From a virus (Duplodnaviria; Caudoviricetes): a DNA stretch of 64,000 nt. This document shows positions 47,033 to 58,080 of this stretch, piece after piece. The notes under the pieces were generated by a model. The model worked only from the letters and a program-made list of their open reading frames with translations, did not search any database and was not told the origin of the DNA. The first letter of the stretch is position 1, and every line of letters starts with the position of its first letter. Position numbers and translations under genes: made by a program. The stretch lies in the IMG/VR virus record IMGVR_UViG_3300044984_000411, positions 307 through 64,306 of that record, one strand, 5' to 3'.

Positions 47033-49051
47033 CTAGTTCTTGTCTGGAATCTTAATCTCACAGTAGTCGGTGGTGCAATATGCCTCACCCTGTGCCTCAA
47101 GATTATCCACACCGTCATAGATTGCAGAGAAGTCAATCTTAGCAATTCTACCAATGTAGTAGTCGTACTCTTCTTCTGTGATTTCTGTATATGGCTGTTG
47201 CTCATAAACATCGTTTCCCATTGGAAGGAATGACACAGCCTTTAGCTGACCCTCGTACATATTTAGTACTGAGGCAACGTGCTGCTTTTCAGTCTCCTTG
47301 TCAAATGACAGGGTTACTGATACACCATTGTCTGACCAGTACTTCTGAGCAGTAGCAGCAAGTGCCATCTTCTCAAAGATAGTCACATCTTTCTCTGAAC
47401 GCTTAATCCCTGAAGAGATTGGGAAGTATACTACCGAAGTGCTGTCTGAGTATAGTGCTGGCTCTACCTTGTACCCTGCTGCCTTGAAAAGGTGAAGCAT
47501 TGGGTCCGTGTTTCCGAAACGGATAGAACGTAGGTAGAACTTGCCTCCTGGCATCCAGTGGACACCTGGAGTTGCTCCAGACAAGATTGATACTGAGCCA
47601 GATGGCTTAACTGTGGTTACACGAATTGATTCACGAACACATAGCCACTCTGAGTATTTTCTGTCATAGAAGCGAATCTTGTTGTAGCCTTCATCCATCC
47701 ATTCACGAGTTGCAGGTAGACCATGTGCGTCAGCGAATGATGCGATGCCAGTTAGCGAAGTTCCGATACGACGGTTACGCTGCATGATACCGTTAGTCTG
47801 TTGCCAGTGAGTTGGAAGAAGAGTTACAGTCTTTCCATAGAGGTAAGCAAACTTTAGAGTGCGTAGGAAGTCTTCCTTGCTCTCGTGACGGTTTAGGTGA
47901 ACCTCAACTAGAGTACATAGTTCGTATGATTCTAGTGGCTGTTCTGCACATGGGTTAAATCCCATAACACGGTAGTCTTTGCCATCTGCAGGGTCTGCTA
48001 GGCGACCATAGTTACGAGCAACATCTAGCCAGATAAAGCCTGGCTCTCCGTTGTCTGCAATGCGGTCAACATACTGTGTGTAGTCCATACCAACCTTAGC
48101 AGAAATAGAGTTGTTCGACATCCATGCCCAAGGAGCACGTTCTGGGAACTTGTCATAATTCTTTAGATTGATAAACTCTTCGTCTTCTGCACCACCCAAA
48201 GCAAGGGTAGCAGAACGACGAACGTTACCTGCAACAACACAAGTACCAATAAGGTTAATAATGTCTACGATTGCACGAGAATCTAGTTTCTCTCCTGCAC
48301 GTCCACCAATGACCTCACGAAGCTGTTCGTGTAGTTTGATAAGAGGAGCTGGTCCAGATGCTGTTCCACCAAAACCCTTAATTGGAGCACCTTCTGGTCT
48401 AACTAGCGAATAGTCAAACTTCTGGATGTTCTGGTTTGGTCTTAGCAAAGAGTTCAGGAGCAGTCTGATTGACTCTACCCAGCCCTCACGAGTATCTGGG
48501 ATTTCGTAAGTTACTTCTGGCTCTACTGGTGCATAGATTGGGAAGTTCTTTTCTGCACCAAGAGTGTCAAAACCTACACCAATACCTAGCATTAGGGCAT
48601 CCATTACCCAAGCAAATAGAGCACCTGGGTCATTCTTATCTAGGTCCTTGGTTGATACCATTGCACAGTTCTGGAGTGCTGCTGAGTTACGCTTCTCCAT
48701 AGTAAGAGGTGTTCCAAATGTCCACATACCACGACCTGGTGGAGTCCACTTTAGAGTAAACATTCTATCGAATGCTTCCTGTGCTGACTTCTGTGCCTTA
48801 TAGTCATTCCATGGGAGACGGTTCTCCTTTGCATGGTTTTTCTGGACAGAGTACATACCTTCGATAACTCTGCGTACTACTTCGTACCAGCGTTCTTTGG
48901 TTCCGTCTTCTTTGACTCGTGAGTAGGTTCTGACGAAGGTGATTTCACCTAGCGAGTTACCTCCTGCATCCACGAATCCAAAGGGTGATTCCGCTGTTTT
49001 GTACTTTTCGACAAAATCATTGGGAAGGGTAAATGAGAAAAATTCCGACAT
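47033..49051 (-). CDS. nrdJ: Class II (adenosylcobalamin-dependent) ribonucleotide reductase
   Basis: PPGRG, QNC, GVGFD, GNVRRSA, FNPCAEQ.L...ELCTL, TTVKPSG, C-terminal CTTDYC. No small-subunit gene nearby. Confidence 0.9.
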   Translation of the reverse strand: MSEFFSFTLPNDFVEKYKTAESPFGFVDAGGNSLGEITFVRTYSRVKEDGTKERWYEVVRRVIEGMYSVQKNHAKENRLPWNDYKAQKSAQEAFDRMFTLKWTPPGRGMWTFGTPLTMEKRNSAALQNCAMVSTKDLDKNDPGALFAWVMDALMLGIGVGFDTLGAEKNFPIYAPVEPEVTYEIPDTREGWVESIRLLLNSLLRPNQNIQKFDYSLVRPEGAPIKGFGGTASGPAPLIKLHEQLREVIGGRAGEKLDSRAIVDIINLIGTCVVAGNVRRSATLALGGAEDEEFINLKNYDKFPERAPWAWMSNNSISAKVGMDYTQYVDRIADNGEPGFIWLDVARNYGRLADPADGKDYRVMGFNPCAEQPLESYELCTLVEVHLNRHESKEDFLRTLKFAYLYGKTVTLLPTHWQQTNGIMQRNRRIGTSLTGIASFADAHGLPATREWMDEGYNKIRFYDRKYSEWLCVRESIRVTTVKPSGSVSILSGATPGVHWMPGGKFYLRSIRFGNTDPMLHLFKAAGYKVEPALYSDSTSVVYFPISSGIKRSEKDVTIFEKMALAATAQKYWSDNGVSVTLSFDKETEKQHVASVLNMYEGQLKAVSFLPMGNDVYEQQPYTEITEEEYDYYIGRIAKIDFSAIYDGVDNLEAQGEAYCTTDYCEIKIPDKN

Positions 49052-49116
49052 AGTGTTTCCACCTTTCTATAACTGTAATGTATTTATTATAGCACAGTTT
49101 TAGAAAAAGTAAAACA

Positions 49117-52077
49117 CTATGCCCAAGTGCCAATATCTGTAATGTCTTCTGTTCCTAGTTCTGTTATCTTTAGATAAGAGCCAGCAAGGACTGTTGCAAC
49201 CATAGAGCCACCAGCACCTGGAGTATATGCAAGTCTAATTGTAAAGTTACCTGCAACATCAACGTCAACGATACCCTTCATAAATGCTCTGAAGTAGTTG
49301 GTCGTTCCAGTTGCTACAGTAATTGTATTTAGTGCTGGGAAGGTTGTTGTTCCAGTTCTTCGTACTCCAGAAAGTGCAGCAGCGTTAGTCATTACGGTAG
49401 TGCTTGACGAATAGTCGTAGTATAGTTCTGTTGAAGATGGTGTTGCAGGACTAGACGGTGAGCCAGGAGTAATGATTAGTGTGCAAGAGTTGCTGCTTGC
49501 TACGCTTTCAATAAACAATACCATTTCTACTTCATAGGCTGTTCCAGCTTTTAGAGCAACACCATTTGTTCCAAAAGCACTAACGGTTCCAGCAGTACCG
49601 CCAGCAAGGTTTGCAACCTGTGTGCTACTTTGGATAAGTTTCATGTACATTGGTGGTCTAATGTTTGTTGATGCTGAACCACCGCCTTCAGTTATATCCA
49701 GATAGTATCCTCTTGCTGAACCACCCTGTTCGAAGAAACGCAATCTATTCTGATAAACATCTACCGTTACTCCATTAGTAATTGTAGTATTTGTTGCTGG
49801 ACTAGCAAGGAATACTTCTCCACCCTCATCGCCAGATGATGCAGTTACGCTAATTTTTCCAGGGAATGAAACAGTGCTTCCTGTTGCTCCAATAGCCATT
49901 GTTGTTGCTGCTCCACCAATGTTTAGTGTAGTTGCAGTGGTATTAATGAGATTAAAGGTTGTTTGGTTTGTGAGAAGGTCTCCACCATTAACGCTAATAT
50001 CTCCACCAGTAGAAAGTTGATTTGTAGAGGGGTTATAAATTAGACCAGCGTCTGTGTATAGTGCTTCTGCTGTTGCAGTTCCATTATTAGCATCCACAAA
50101 TACTGGGTAGAACGATGCATTTGTTGCCGTAGATACTGTTTTTGCTGTATCTGCAGATGTGGCGTTTGCAGCAGTTCCACCTACCGCCAAATAAGTTCCA
50201 GAAAGGTCTGGAATATCTGCAGAAACTAGAGCACGAAACGAAGGTGCAGCACTTGGACCACCTGCTGGACCAGCAAGAACATAGTTAGTTGTTTTTGAGC
50301 CATATGGATTTGTTGTGTCACCATACCCAACAGACGCTGCAGAAATTGCTGTTCCATTACCAGAAAGAAGTCCTGTAACGCTTGTAGATATTGTAATTGC
50401 TGGAGTAGTTGTTGCGTTTGCTACTGTTCCAGCAAAACCATTAGCAGATACCACAGATGCAGTAGTTACTGTTCCACTACCAGTACCTGCTCCAATAGCA
50501 GTTCTAAAGTTTGTATCTGATAATGCAGATACCGTATTATCTGCATTAATTCTTATAAATCTAATTGCAGATGGATTTGTTAGCTCTAAAAGATTTTCTC
50601 CAACAGTTGTAGCTCCTAGTGATGCCAAGTGCGTAGAAGCATTTTCTGTTGTAATACTATTATCTGTATTTACTTTTAGGAATGTTGTTGCTGATGGATT
50701 TGTAAGGGTAAAAAGATTTGAGCCAACAGTAGTAGCTCCAAGAGTTGTTCTTGCGGTTCCTGCAGTTGTGTCGTCAAGGATTGTTCTAGCAAATGAAGTT
50801 AGAGTAGTTGTGCTTGCGGTTCCAGAACCAGTAAAATATGGAAGAGCGTCTGCTGCTGAAGTTACTCCAGCAAGTGCTGTCAGCTCTGTATCTAATGGCT
50901 GTGCGTCTGTAATTCCATATCCAGAAAGCGTTGTTGGTTCACCAGAAATCTTTGACCAAGCCAATTCAGTAATCCAAGATGGATTTGCATAACTACCATT
51001 TGTATAAACACCATTTGTAACAGTTCCAGCATTTCCTGTTACGTTGCCATCAAAGGTTCCTGTACTGCCAGAAATAACTTCTGATGTAATTGTTGCATCT
51101 GGAACAAAAGTAAAGTATTGTGTTGAATCATCAAATCCAAAAAAGCCAATTTTTGCTGTAGAGCCATTGTGCCATCTAAATGCAATACCACGGTCTTTGT
51201 TGTCGTCGCTACCTGGAGCAGTGTCTCCACCAAGGGTAAATATTGGGTCGTCAACTGTAACAATTGTAGAATTAATTGTTGTAGTTGTTCCATTTACAGT
51301 TAAATCTTTTACTGTCAGGTCTCCAGTTACAATAACGTTACCGCCAACATTTAGATTTTCCTGAATACCTACGCCACCAGTTACTTTCAAAGCACCAGTA
51401 GTTGTAGATGTTGATGTTGTTGAGTTTGTAATAGAAATAGCGGTATTTGTTGTGGCTCCACGTCCAGTTACATCAGATAGGGTGCTTGTTTCAGTATAAG
51501 ATGTTAGATATCCAGCGGACGCATGGTTACCCCAGCCATAAGCCGTATTCCAGTTAGAAGAGTTGTCCGTAACTGTTGAATATACTCCAGAACCATTTGT
51601 TTTTAAAAATCCTGCACTAGACAATGTAGCAGATGCAATACCTGCTAGGTCAGCATCGTATGCCTGAACATTTGTTCCGATAACCAAACCTAAAGATGTT
51701 CTAGCTGTTGCTGAATCTAGACCAGTTGAGCCACCATCCCACTTAAGTCTGTCTGTATAGGCAGTGTCCCACTCAGTCTGCTTTGCTGTTGTTGGAATTG
51801 CGTATCCTGCTGAAAGACTAATTGCAAGAGTTCCAGATGTAGTTACTGGGTTTCCAGATACACTAAGTCCTGTTGGAACAGAAAGGTCTACAGAAGTTAC
51901 AGTTCCAGAGCCACCAGCTGAAGTTGAAAAGTATGGCAAAGCTGACCAAGCAGAAGCTCCATCCCCAATTTTAAACTTACCTGTGTTTGTCTCGTAGCCA
52001 ATTTCTCCAACTGCTAGAGTTGGGTTTGATGATGTCCAGTTAGTAGATATGCCTCTTTTGTGCTGAATTATGGTCAT
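49117..52077 (-). CDS. Tail fibre protein (Mtd/hyaluronidase-like N-terminal anchor)
   Basis: IQHKRG...[23 protein letters not shown]...LPY, followed by Thr/Gly-rich fibre modules. Confidence 0.8.
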   Translation of the reverse strand: MTIIQHKRGISTNWTSSNPTLAVGEIGYETNTGKFKIGDGASAWSALPYFSTSAGGSGTVTSVDLSVPTGLSVSGNPVTTSGTLAISLSAGYAIPTTAKQTEWDTAYTDRLKWDGGSTGLDSATARTSLGLVIGTNVQAYDADLAGIASATLSSAGFLKTNGSGVYSTVTDNSSNWNTAYGWGNHASAGYLTSYTETSTLSDVTGRGATTNTAISITNSTTSTSTTTGALKVTGGVGIQENLNVGGNVIVTGDLTVKDLTVNGTTTTINSTIVTVDDPIFTLGGDTAPGSDDNKDRGIAFRWHNGSTAKIGFFGFDDSTQYFTFVPDATITSEVISGSTGTFDGNVTGNAGTVTNGVYTNGSYANPSWITELAWSKISGEPTTLSGYGITDAQPLDTELTALAGVTSAADALPYFTGSGTASTTTLTSFARTILDDTTAGTARTTLGATTVGSNLFTLTNPSATTFLKVNTDNSITTENASTHLASLGATTVGENLLELTNPSAIRFIRINADNTVSALSDTNFRTAIGAGTGSGTVTTASVVSANGFAGTVANATTTPAITISTSVTGLLSGNGTAISAASVGYGDTTNPYGSKTTNYVLAGPAGGPSAAPSFRALVSADIPDLSGTYLAVGGTAANATSADTAKTVSTATNASFYPVFVDANNGTATAEALYTDAGLIYNPSTNQLSTGGDISVNGGDLLTNQTTFNLINTTATTLNIGGAATTMAIGATGSTVSFPGKISVTASSGDEGGEVFLASPATNTTITNGVTVDVYQNRLRFFEQGGSARGYYLDITEGGGSASTNIRPPMYMKLIQSSTQVANLAGGTAGTVSAFGTNGVALKAGTAYEVEMVLFIESVASSNSCTLIITPGSPSSPATPSSTELYYDYSSSTTVMTNAAALSGVRRTGTTTFPALNTITVATGTTNYFRAFMKGIVDVDVAGNFTIRLAYTPGAGGSMVATVLAGSYLKITELGTEDITDIGTWA

Positions 52078-52156
52078 GGTAATAAATATTATATCATAAT
52101 AAGGCTGTGAACTTATTGTTAAAAATCTTAAGATTTTGGATTTTGGGTCTAAATCA

Positions 52157-52165
52157 TGGTATAAT
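52157..52165 (+). promoter_or_regulatory. Extended -10 promoter for the NlpC/P60 gene
   Basis: TGGTATAAT about 130 nt upstream of the ATG. Confidence 0.6.
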
Positions 52166-52293
52166 TTACTAAAGCTTCCCCTTAAAAGGAAGTTTTTGCT
52201 TTATCGGATTCTACTTCATAAAGAATAGTGTCTGCCAGAATACCGTGCAGTATGGCGGTAGAGTAACAACATAAAAAATAAGGAGGTAGCAAA

Positions 52294-52851
52294 ATGATTA
52301 AAAAATTTGCTGCAGTAGGCGTGATGGTTTTATCGCTTACAATGTGTTCGACTTCTGTTTCAGCAGTTGAACAAAAACCAATTGTTTCAAATGTAATACA
52401 AAATAATAACTTTGCTATTGAGACTGCACTTAGTTTTCAAGAACAAATGCTTATTGACCGCAATACCCAAATAGTAAAAAATGCAATTGCTAAATTAAAG
52501 CAATATGTAGGAAAAACCTGGTATGTATTCTCAGGTAGCACTCCCAGTGGATGGGACTGCTCAGGTCTAACAATGTGGACCTACCAGCAAGTTGGAATTG
52601 AACTAAAACACAGTGCAAGCATCCAAAAAAATGCTGGTAAAAAATATAAAACCCCAAAAATTGGTGACGTGGTTGCTTTCGGATGGAAAAACTATTCTGG
52701 AGCACAGCACGTTGGAATCTATATTGGTAATGGAAAAATGATTCATGCTCCTGCTCCTGGACAAAGGACTGCAATTATTTCTGTAAAGAAATGGGCTAAA
52801 ATGAATTGGAATACCAAAGTTACTTATACGAGGTTTATAGAAACTAACTAA
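52294..52851 (+). CDS. Secreted NlpC/P60 peptidoglycan endopeptidase
   Basis: Signal peptide, YVFSG..PSGWDCSGL, GDVVAF, HVGIYIGNGKMIHA. AGGAGG RBS. Confidence 0.92.
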   Translation: MIKKFAAVGVMVLSLTMCSTSVSAVEQKPIVSNVIQNNNFAIETALSFQEQMLIDRNTQIVKNAIAKLKQYVGKTWYVFSGSTPSGWDCSGLTMWTYQQVGIELKHSASIQKNAGKKYKTPKIGDVVAFGWKNYSGAQHVGIYIGNGKMIHAPAPGQRTAIISVKKWAKMNWNTKVTYTRFIETN

Positions 52852-52886
52852 AAAAATACCCTGGCTCAAAAGGTCAGGGTATTTTT
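52850..52886. terminator. Bidirectional intrinsic terminator
   Basis: AAAAATACCCTG..CAGGGTATTTTT between convergent genes. Confidence 0.8.
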
Positions 52887-53904
52887 ATGTCCAGGCTCCA
52901 GTTACAATGTTTGCGTTAGCAGCACCAACCTTGTTTACGGTCACATATGCTCCTGCAGATAGCGTTAGTGACGATAAGGCATTTGAAGCGTTAGCAATCA
53001 CAATGTTTGGAGTAAATGCTCCGCTAGAGGACGTTCTAATGATTCCCTTAACGTGATACTGTCCAGTTGCCGTAGAAGATGTTCCAGAATAAGTAACAGT
53101 TCCAGATGTAAGTGGTGTTCCAGTAATGCTTGCGAAAGTTGTTGTTGGTGAAGCTGAAGTTGTGCTAGAAGAGTAGCTTGCTTCATAGCTTCCAGTTGAG
53201 CTTGTTGGCAAAGCAATTGATGTTAGGATGGTTGTATTTGAACCAGAACCAGATGTTTGCGATGTAAGTGCAAACCAAAGGTCAAACTCATAAACAGTGT
53301 TTGCTTCAAGTGCTAGAGACACACCAAATAGTGACTGGCTTCCTGCTGTAGTTGTTAAGCTTCTTGTTGACGTAAGCGAGTATACGTGTTTTGGTGAAAC
53401 TAGTCCACGTTTTGTAGTTGTATTATTTGTCATAAAGAATAGACCATTGTATTCGACTACACCAGCTAAAGGTGTGTCTAGAACTGTTCCAGATGAAAAT
53501 GTTACTGGTGCCAAAGTATTTGTTCCAGTTCTTACTCGCAGTTCTGATAAAAGTGGAACCTCTGATACCCATCTATCATTTGTTCCGTCGTAGTAAAATT
53601 CTGAGCTAGACATTGCTGTTCCAGCAAGAATTGGTCTAAATCTAATTGGAAAACCAGTAGCGTCTGTAGCAATAATCGACATACCATTTCTAGATGCATT
53701 TACAGTAGAAATTTCTAAACTTCCACCTGATGCTGTTTTTAATGTTTGAGTTCTTCCAGATGCTCCGCCAAAAGTATTTGCCTTATTAAGAATTGCAACC
53801 CCTGCCTCAATATCTGTGTGGTAGTTGGTGAATGCTGTTACAATATTTGCACTGTCTCCAAGTGCTGGAATCGTTGCAACAAGGTCTGTTCCTATTTCAG
53901 TCAT
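52885..53904 (-). CDS. Tail fibre/receptor-binding-like protein
   Basis: Ser/Thr-rich, with a C-terminal domain resembling that of 49117-52077. Confidence 0.6.
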   Translation of the reverse strand: MTEIGTDLVATIPALGDSANIVTAFTNYHTDIEAGVAILNKANTFGGASGRTQTLKTASGGSLEISTVNASRNGMSIIATDATGFPIRFRPILAGTAMSSSEFYYDGTNDRWVSEVPLLSELRVRTGTNTLAPVTFSSGTVLDTPLAGVVEYNGLFFMTNNTTTKRGLVSPKHVYSLTSTRSLTTTAGSQSLFGVSLALEANTVYEFDLWFALTSQTSGSGSNTTILTSIALPTSSTGSYEASYSSSTTSASPTTTFASITGTPLTSGTVTYSGTSSTATGQYHVKGIIRTSSSGAFTPNIVIANASNALSSLTLSAGAYVTVNKVGAANANIVTGAWT

Positions 53905-53911
53905 ATGTAAA

Positions 53912-54967
53912 TTATATCACAATCTTGCTTTTGAAGAATGCTAAGTTGTTTAAGAATCTTTCGTTATCTGGCTCAAACTCTAGTGCCTTAGTTATGTGTT
54001 GAACTGCTTTGGAATACTTCTTTAGATGCCACGCAGAAATTGCTGCTAGGTCATGTGGCAATGCTCCCCAAGCAAAATCTTCACAAAGATATTCTAGTGG
54101 CTTCTCTTTTATCTTTAATGCTGTCAATGCATAGTTGTAGCAGTCACTCCACATTTCGTTATCGTAACACCACTTAGAAAAGTCTACATATGGCTCTCGT
54201 CTATCTCCTGCTTCTCTAATTGCCCCAACTAGATATGTATCTGCAATTTCTGGATTACACTTTGCAAGAAATCTATATGCTGCTGAACGCTCTGGTCCCC
54301 AAACCGCTTTTGGCAATTCTAAGTATCGTCTAAACTCTTTTGTTGCACTTGCGTAAGCATCGTGATAAAAAAGCTCTCTTGCATAATAAAAGGCATTTCT
54401 ATCATCTGTTGGGTCTTCCTTTATGGCAAGCTCAAGCAATGGAAAATATTGTCCACGAGATTTTGTGCTATCTGGATAGTGATGAATTTGTAGTTCTGTC
54501 CACTCCTGAATTTCATCAGTCCTGTCTGTTATTAGTACTTCGTGTACTGGATGCTTCCAGCGGTATCCATGACGAGCATGAATTTTATCTCCACCATATT
54601 CTAATCCTGGAGTACCGTCCTGATTCCATGACCAAGTATATTTGTATCTTGGTCTAGTAGTTTCTGAATTAATTTTTTCAAGGTGCTCACGCCAACCTGG
54701 GACAAGAACTTCATCCATGTCAAGGGAGATGCAGATGTCAATATCGTCAGGTATTAGGGCAAGAGATGCGTTGCGAGCATCGTCAAATCTCCATGGTTTA
54801 ATTGATGCAGAGAATACTTCTACGCCATTTTCATATGCCTTGTCTACCGTGCTATCTGTAGAGCCAGTATCAAGAATCAGGCGATAATCGGCATCCTTGC
54901 AAGACTCTGCCCATCGTTCTACAAACTTTTCTTCATTAAGTGCAATTGTATAAACTGCTATCTTCAC
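53912..54967 (-). CDS. Glycosyltransferase family 2 with TPR-like C-terminus
   Basis: IALNEE, LDTGSTD, FDDARN, LDMDE, HEVL, then helical repeats. Confidence 0.88.
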   Translation of the reverse strand: MKIAVYTIALNEEKFVERWAESCKDADYRLILDTGSTDSTVDKAYENGVEVFSASIKPWRFDDARNASLALIPDDIDICISLDMDEVLVPGWREHLEKINSETTRPRYKYTWSWNQDGTPGLEYGGDKIHARHGYRWKHPVHEVLITDRTDEIQEWTELQIHHYPDSTKSRGQYFPLLELAIKEDPTDDRNAFYYARELFYHDAYASATKEFRRYLELPKAVWGPERSAAYRFLAKCNPEIADTYLVGAIREAGDRREPYVDFSKWCYDNEMWSDCYNYALTALKIKEKPLEYLCEDFAWGALPHDLAAISAWHLKKYSKAVQHITKALEFEPDNERFLNNLAFFKSKIVI

Positions 54968-54990
54968 ATCTCTCCTATGTTCAAATACTA

Positions 54991-57411
54991 TTATACAGTA
55001 CCGCCATCGATTGATGGCAAAGAAATTGTTTTTGTAGTTGGGTCATATGATAATGGTGGACTAGCCACAAGAATTCCAGACGGTCCTGTTGGACCAGTTG
55101 CTCCAGTAGGTCCTGTTACTGTGCTTGCTGCTCCTGTTGGTCCTGTGGGACCAGTATTACCATTTGGACCTGTGGGTCCAATTGCTCCTGTAGGTCCCAG
55201 CTGGGTGTACATAACCTGTACTGCGGTAAGAATAATTGAAGGTGTTGCTGGAGATGTTGGGGACGTTCTTGCTGGCAAAGACTCTACCCTAAGTTGTGTG
55301 CTTGAGCCAGACCAGTAAACTTGCACTTGCTGTCCTGCTGTTGCAGTTGCAACATAGTTAATTGTTACTATTTGTCGGTTAGGCTCATCTGATGACTTAC
55401 GTGGCTGCATATCTATTTCAGTAGCAGAATCGGGATAGTCGACGTTATTTGTTTTTAGCCAGAAAATTCCTTTTTCAACAGAGTTAGCATAGTTGGTAAG
55501 TTGGATAGAAAATGTAAGGCTATAGGTTCCAGCATAAGCAAAGGTAACTTCGTCACCGTTTTGAATACTCACACCGCTTGATTCGGATGTGGACCCAATT
55601 GCAATAACTTGAGCTACAGAAGTAGATACGAGTGGTTGGTCGGTCATGTCGTAGAACGAACCGTAATAGCCTAGTGTTCCACCTGCCCCAGTAGTTCCTT
55701 GTGGACCTGTTGGTCCAGTTGCACCTGTAGGACCAGTAGGACCAGTAGGTCCTGTGACTGTAGAGGCAGCTCCTGTAGCACCTGTAGGTCCTGTTGCTCC
55801 AGTTGGACCAGTTGGTCCTTGTGAGCCAGTAGAACCTGTAGAGCCAGTAGGTCCAGTTGCACCAATTGAGCCTTGTGGACCTGTAGGTCCTGTTGCTCCA
55901 GTAGCTCCAATAGGTCCTGTGGGACCAGTGGCACCGTCTAATCCGTTAGTTCCATTTGTTCCTGCTGGACCTGTCGGTCCTGTAACAGTTGATGCAGAAC
56001 CTTGTGGACCTGTTGGACCCAATGGACCTGTAGGTCCTGTGGGACCAGTAGGTCCTGTGGGACCAGTAGGACCTGTAACAGTTGACGCTGCTCCTGTGGG
56101 TCCTGTTGGACCTGTTGGACCTATAGAGCCTTGTGAGCCTGTGCTACCTGTAGGACCTGTTGGTCCTTGTGCTCCTGTAGTTCCTGTGCTACCAGTTGGT
56201 CCTGTCGCACCTTGAGACCCTGTAGGTCCAGTTATGGTTGAGGCAGCTCCTTGTGGTCCTGTAGCTCCTGTAGGACCTGTAGGTCCCTGAATTCCAGTAG
56301 GTCCAGTAACAGTTGACGCTGCTCCCTGTGGACCAGTTGGACCAGTTGGACCTAGCGGTCCTGTTGGACCAGTAACTGTAGATGCAGCACCTGTAGGACC
56401 AGTGAGACCGATGTCTCCAGTTCTAGCAAAGTCAAGAACGATGCCAGAGCCAGGGGTAAGTCCAGAAATACTTCCAGAAACATAGTTAACAGGAATCTTA
56501 TAATACCCACTATCGGCAATTACAGTTCCGCTAATTGCAAATACTAAAATCTGTCCAGAAGAACCAGAGGCTGATTGAAAAATTAAGTTTCCTTTGATTG
56601 CTGAAGAAGAATCATCAAATGTGTCGTACCATCCAGTCATAGATACGCTATTTGCATTTGTATTGTCAATAAAAATTTGAGAGATAGATGCTGGAACTGA
56701 ATTGTTAAATCTTACATACCCTGTTCCTGGGTCAGCATCTACTGTGTTATTTGAATAAAAATATGGGACACCTGCACGTTTACCTTCTGGTCCAGTGCTT
56801 CCTGTTGGACCCTGAAATCCTTCTGGTCCTGTTGGTCCTTGTGGACCTGTACTGCCAGTAGGTCCTGTTACTGTGCTTGCTGCTCCTTGAGGTCCAGTAG
56901 AACCAGTTGGACCCAGACTTCCTGTAGGACCTAGCGGTCCTGTAGGACCTTGGATGCCTTGTGGACCTGTAGGTCCTGTAGGACCAGTAGGTCCTGTCAC
57001 AGTAGAAGCAGGACCAGTTGAGCCTGTAGGTCCTGTAGGACCAGCCACACCTGTAGGACCAAGGTTTCCCTGTGGACCTGTTGAGCCTGTGGCTCCAGTT
57101 GGACCTATGGGTCCTTGGCTTCCTGTTGGTCCTGTGACTGTGGACGCAGGTCCTGTTGAACCAGTTGGTCCAGTTGGTCCTTGCGGTCCAGTTGGTCCAC
57201 TAAGAACCATACCAGGTGCTGGAATGATTTTGATTGTGTCAGATGTTTGGGTTTGATTGATTATCTTAATGGTGGGGGCATCAGGAGCAATTGCTTTGAC
57301 AACCACCTCTATATTATTTACAGGAACTATCTTAACAACCTCTGCAGGGTTTGTAGTTGCAATTACTTCTACAGTACCTGCTGGGCTACTGGTTACTTTT
57401 ACTGTTGACAT
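54991..57411 (-). CDS. Collagen-like (GPT repeat) fibre protein
   Basis: Long G-P-T triplet runs interrupted by two globular domains, C-terminal IDGGTV. Confidence 0.9.
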   Translation of the reverse strand: MSTVKVTSSPAGTVEVIATTNPAEVVKIVPVNNIEVVVKAIAPDAPTIKIINQTQTSDTIKIIPAPGMVLSGPTGPQGPTGPTGSTGPASTVTGPTGSQGPIGPTGATGSTGPQGNLGPTGVAGPTGPTGSTGPASTVTGPTGPTGPTGPQGIQGPTGPLGPTGSLGPTGSTGPQGAASTVTGPTGSTGPQGPTGPEGFQGPTGSTGPEGKRAGVPYFYSNNTVDADPGTGYVRFNNSVPASISQIFIDNTNANSVSMTGWYDTFDDSSSAIKGNLIFQSASGSSGQILVFAISGTVIADSGYYKIPVNYVSGSISGLTPGSGIVLDFARTGDIGLTGPTGAASTVTGPTGPLGPTGPTGPQGAASTVTGPTGIQGPTGPTGATGPQGAASTITGPTGSQGATGPTGSTGTTGAQGPTGPTGSTGSQGSIGPTGPTGPTGAASTVTGPTGPTGPTGPTGPTGPLGPTGPQGSASTVTGPTGPAGTNGTNGLDGATGPTGPIGATGATGPTGPQGSIGATGPTGSTGSTGSQGPTGPTGATGPTGATGAASTVTGPTGPTGPTGATGPTGPQGTTGAGGTLGYYGSFYDMTDQPLVSTSVAQVIAIGSTSESSGVSIQNGDEVTFAYAGTYSLTFSIQLTNYANSVEKGIFWLKTNNVDYPDSATEIDMQPRKSSDEPNRQIVTINYVATATAGQQVQVYWSGSSTQLRVESLPARTSPTSPATPSIILTAVQVMYTQLGPTGAIGPTGPNGNTGPTGPTGAASTVTGPTGATGPTGPSGILVASPPLSYDPTTKTISLPSIDGGTV

Positions 57412-57800
57412 TAAGGATTATCGGTTACATCTGGCAAAACTGTTATTGTTCCAATTACTGGAGTCCAAATAACTCCACCAGATAGTGTAACCTGTAAGTC
57501 AAAAGCGAGTTCAGCAACAATGTTTGAATATCCTAATCCCCATGTTGCTGTAACTGCTGGTAGGGCGGTAATCTCAACATATCCAGCTCCAGCAGTAGTT
57601 TGCAATGTGTCTAGAGAGTCACCCTTGTAATCATATGCTGTAGAAGCATATGTCCAGCCAGTAGTGTTCTGTGCTGTTGTTTCATCATTCTCGTAGAACT
57701 CAATACGGAGTTTGGCGGTATCGCCACGAACAATTTTCCATTTAATGTTAGCTGGGTCAGCACCATAGGATGATGTGCTTGGAGGACATGATGAAGTCAT
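57411..57800 (-). CDS. Hypothetical virion protein (BppU-N-like)
   Basis: IVRGDT...FDLQV...GTITV pattern. Confidence 0.55.
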   Translation of the reverse strand: MTSSCPPSTSSYGADPANIKWKIVRGDTAKLRIEFYENDETTAQNTTGWTYASTAYDYKGDSLDTLQTTAGAGYVEITALPAVTATWGLGYSNIVAELAFDLQVTLSGGVIWTPVIGTITVLPDVTDNP

Positions 57801-57827
57801 AGTAGTATTATTATACACCATATAATC

Positions 57828-57886
57828 AAAGAAAAAGCTAGTATCCTCGGCGGTGGGTATGTGAGAGAGTCACCAAGAATACTAGC
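57828..57886 (-). ncRNA. Candidate small hairpin RNA (~55 nt)
   Basis: TGA-TATAAT 6 nt upstream, 16-bp stem with 3 G-U pairs, 18-nt loop, then UUUUUCUUU. Confidence 0.5.
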
Positions 57887-57906
57887 AAATATATTATATC
57901 ACAACC

Positions 57907-58080
57907 TGTGGATAACCCTGTGTATAAAATCGTTATCTAAAAGTTATCATAAAATATGCTAAAAAGGGCTTGACAAACGTTCGGCGTATGGTACTATATA
58001 TATTAATAGATAGATAGATGATATATATAATATATAAATATATTAAACTATAAGATATATATTAAATATATAATAATAAT
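57907..58080. other. Putative replication origin (DnaA boxes plus AT-rich unwinding element)
   Basis: TGTGGATAA at 57907, TGTGTATAA at 57919, GTTAT-N6-GTTAT at 57932, near-pure A/T tract 57995-58083, close to the strand switch. Confidence 0.55.
57970..57997 (+). promoter_or_regulatory. Sigma70-type promoter pointing into the AT-rich tract
   Basis: TTGACA-N16-TACTAT with a TG extension. Confidence 0.55.

Noticed and set aside
49117-52077. Diversity-generating retroelement suggested by the Mtd-like N-terminus
   Set aside because: There is no reverse transcriptase and no TR/VR pair differing at adenines in the window. The N-terminal motif is a generic fibre anchor.
54977-57256. Plus-strand ORFs with (PVG)n repeats
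   Set aside because: They are antisense shadows of the collagen GPT codons, with no RBS or independent signal.
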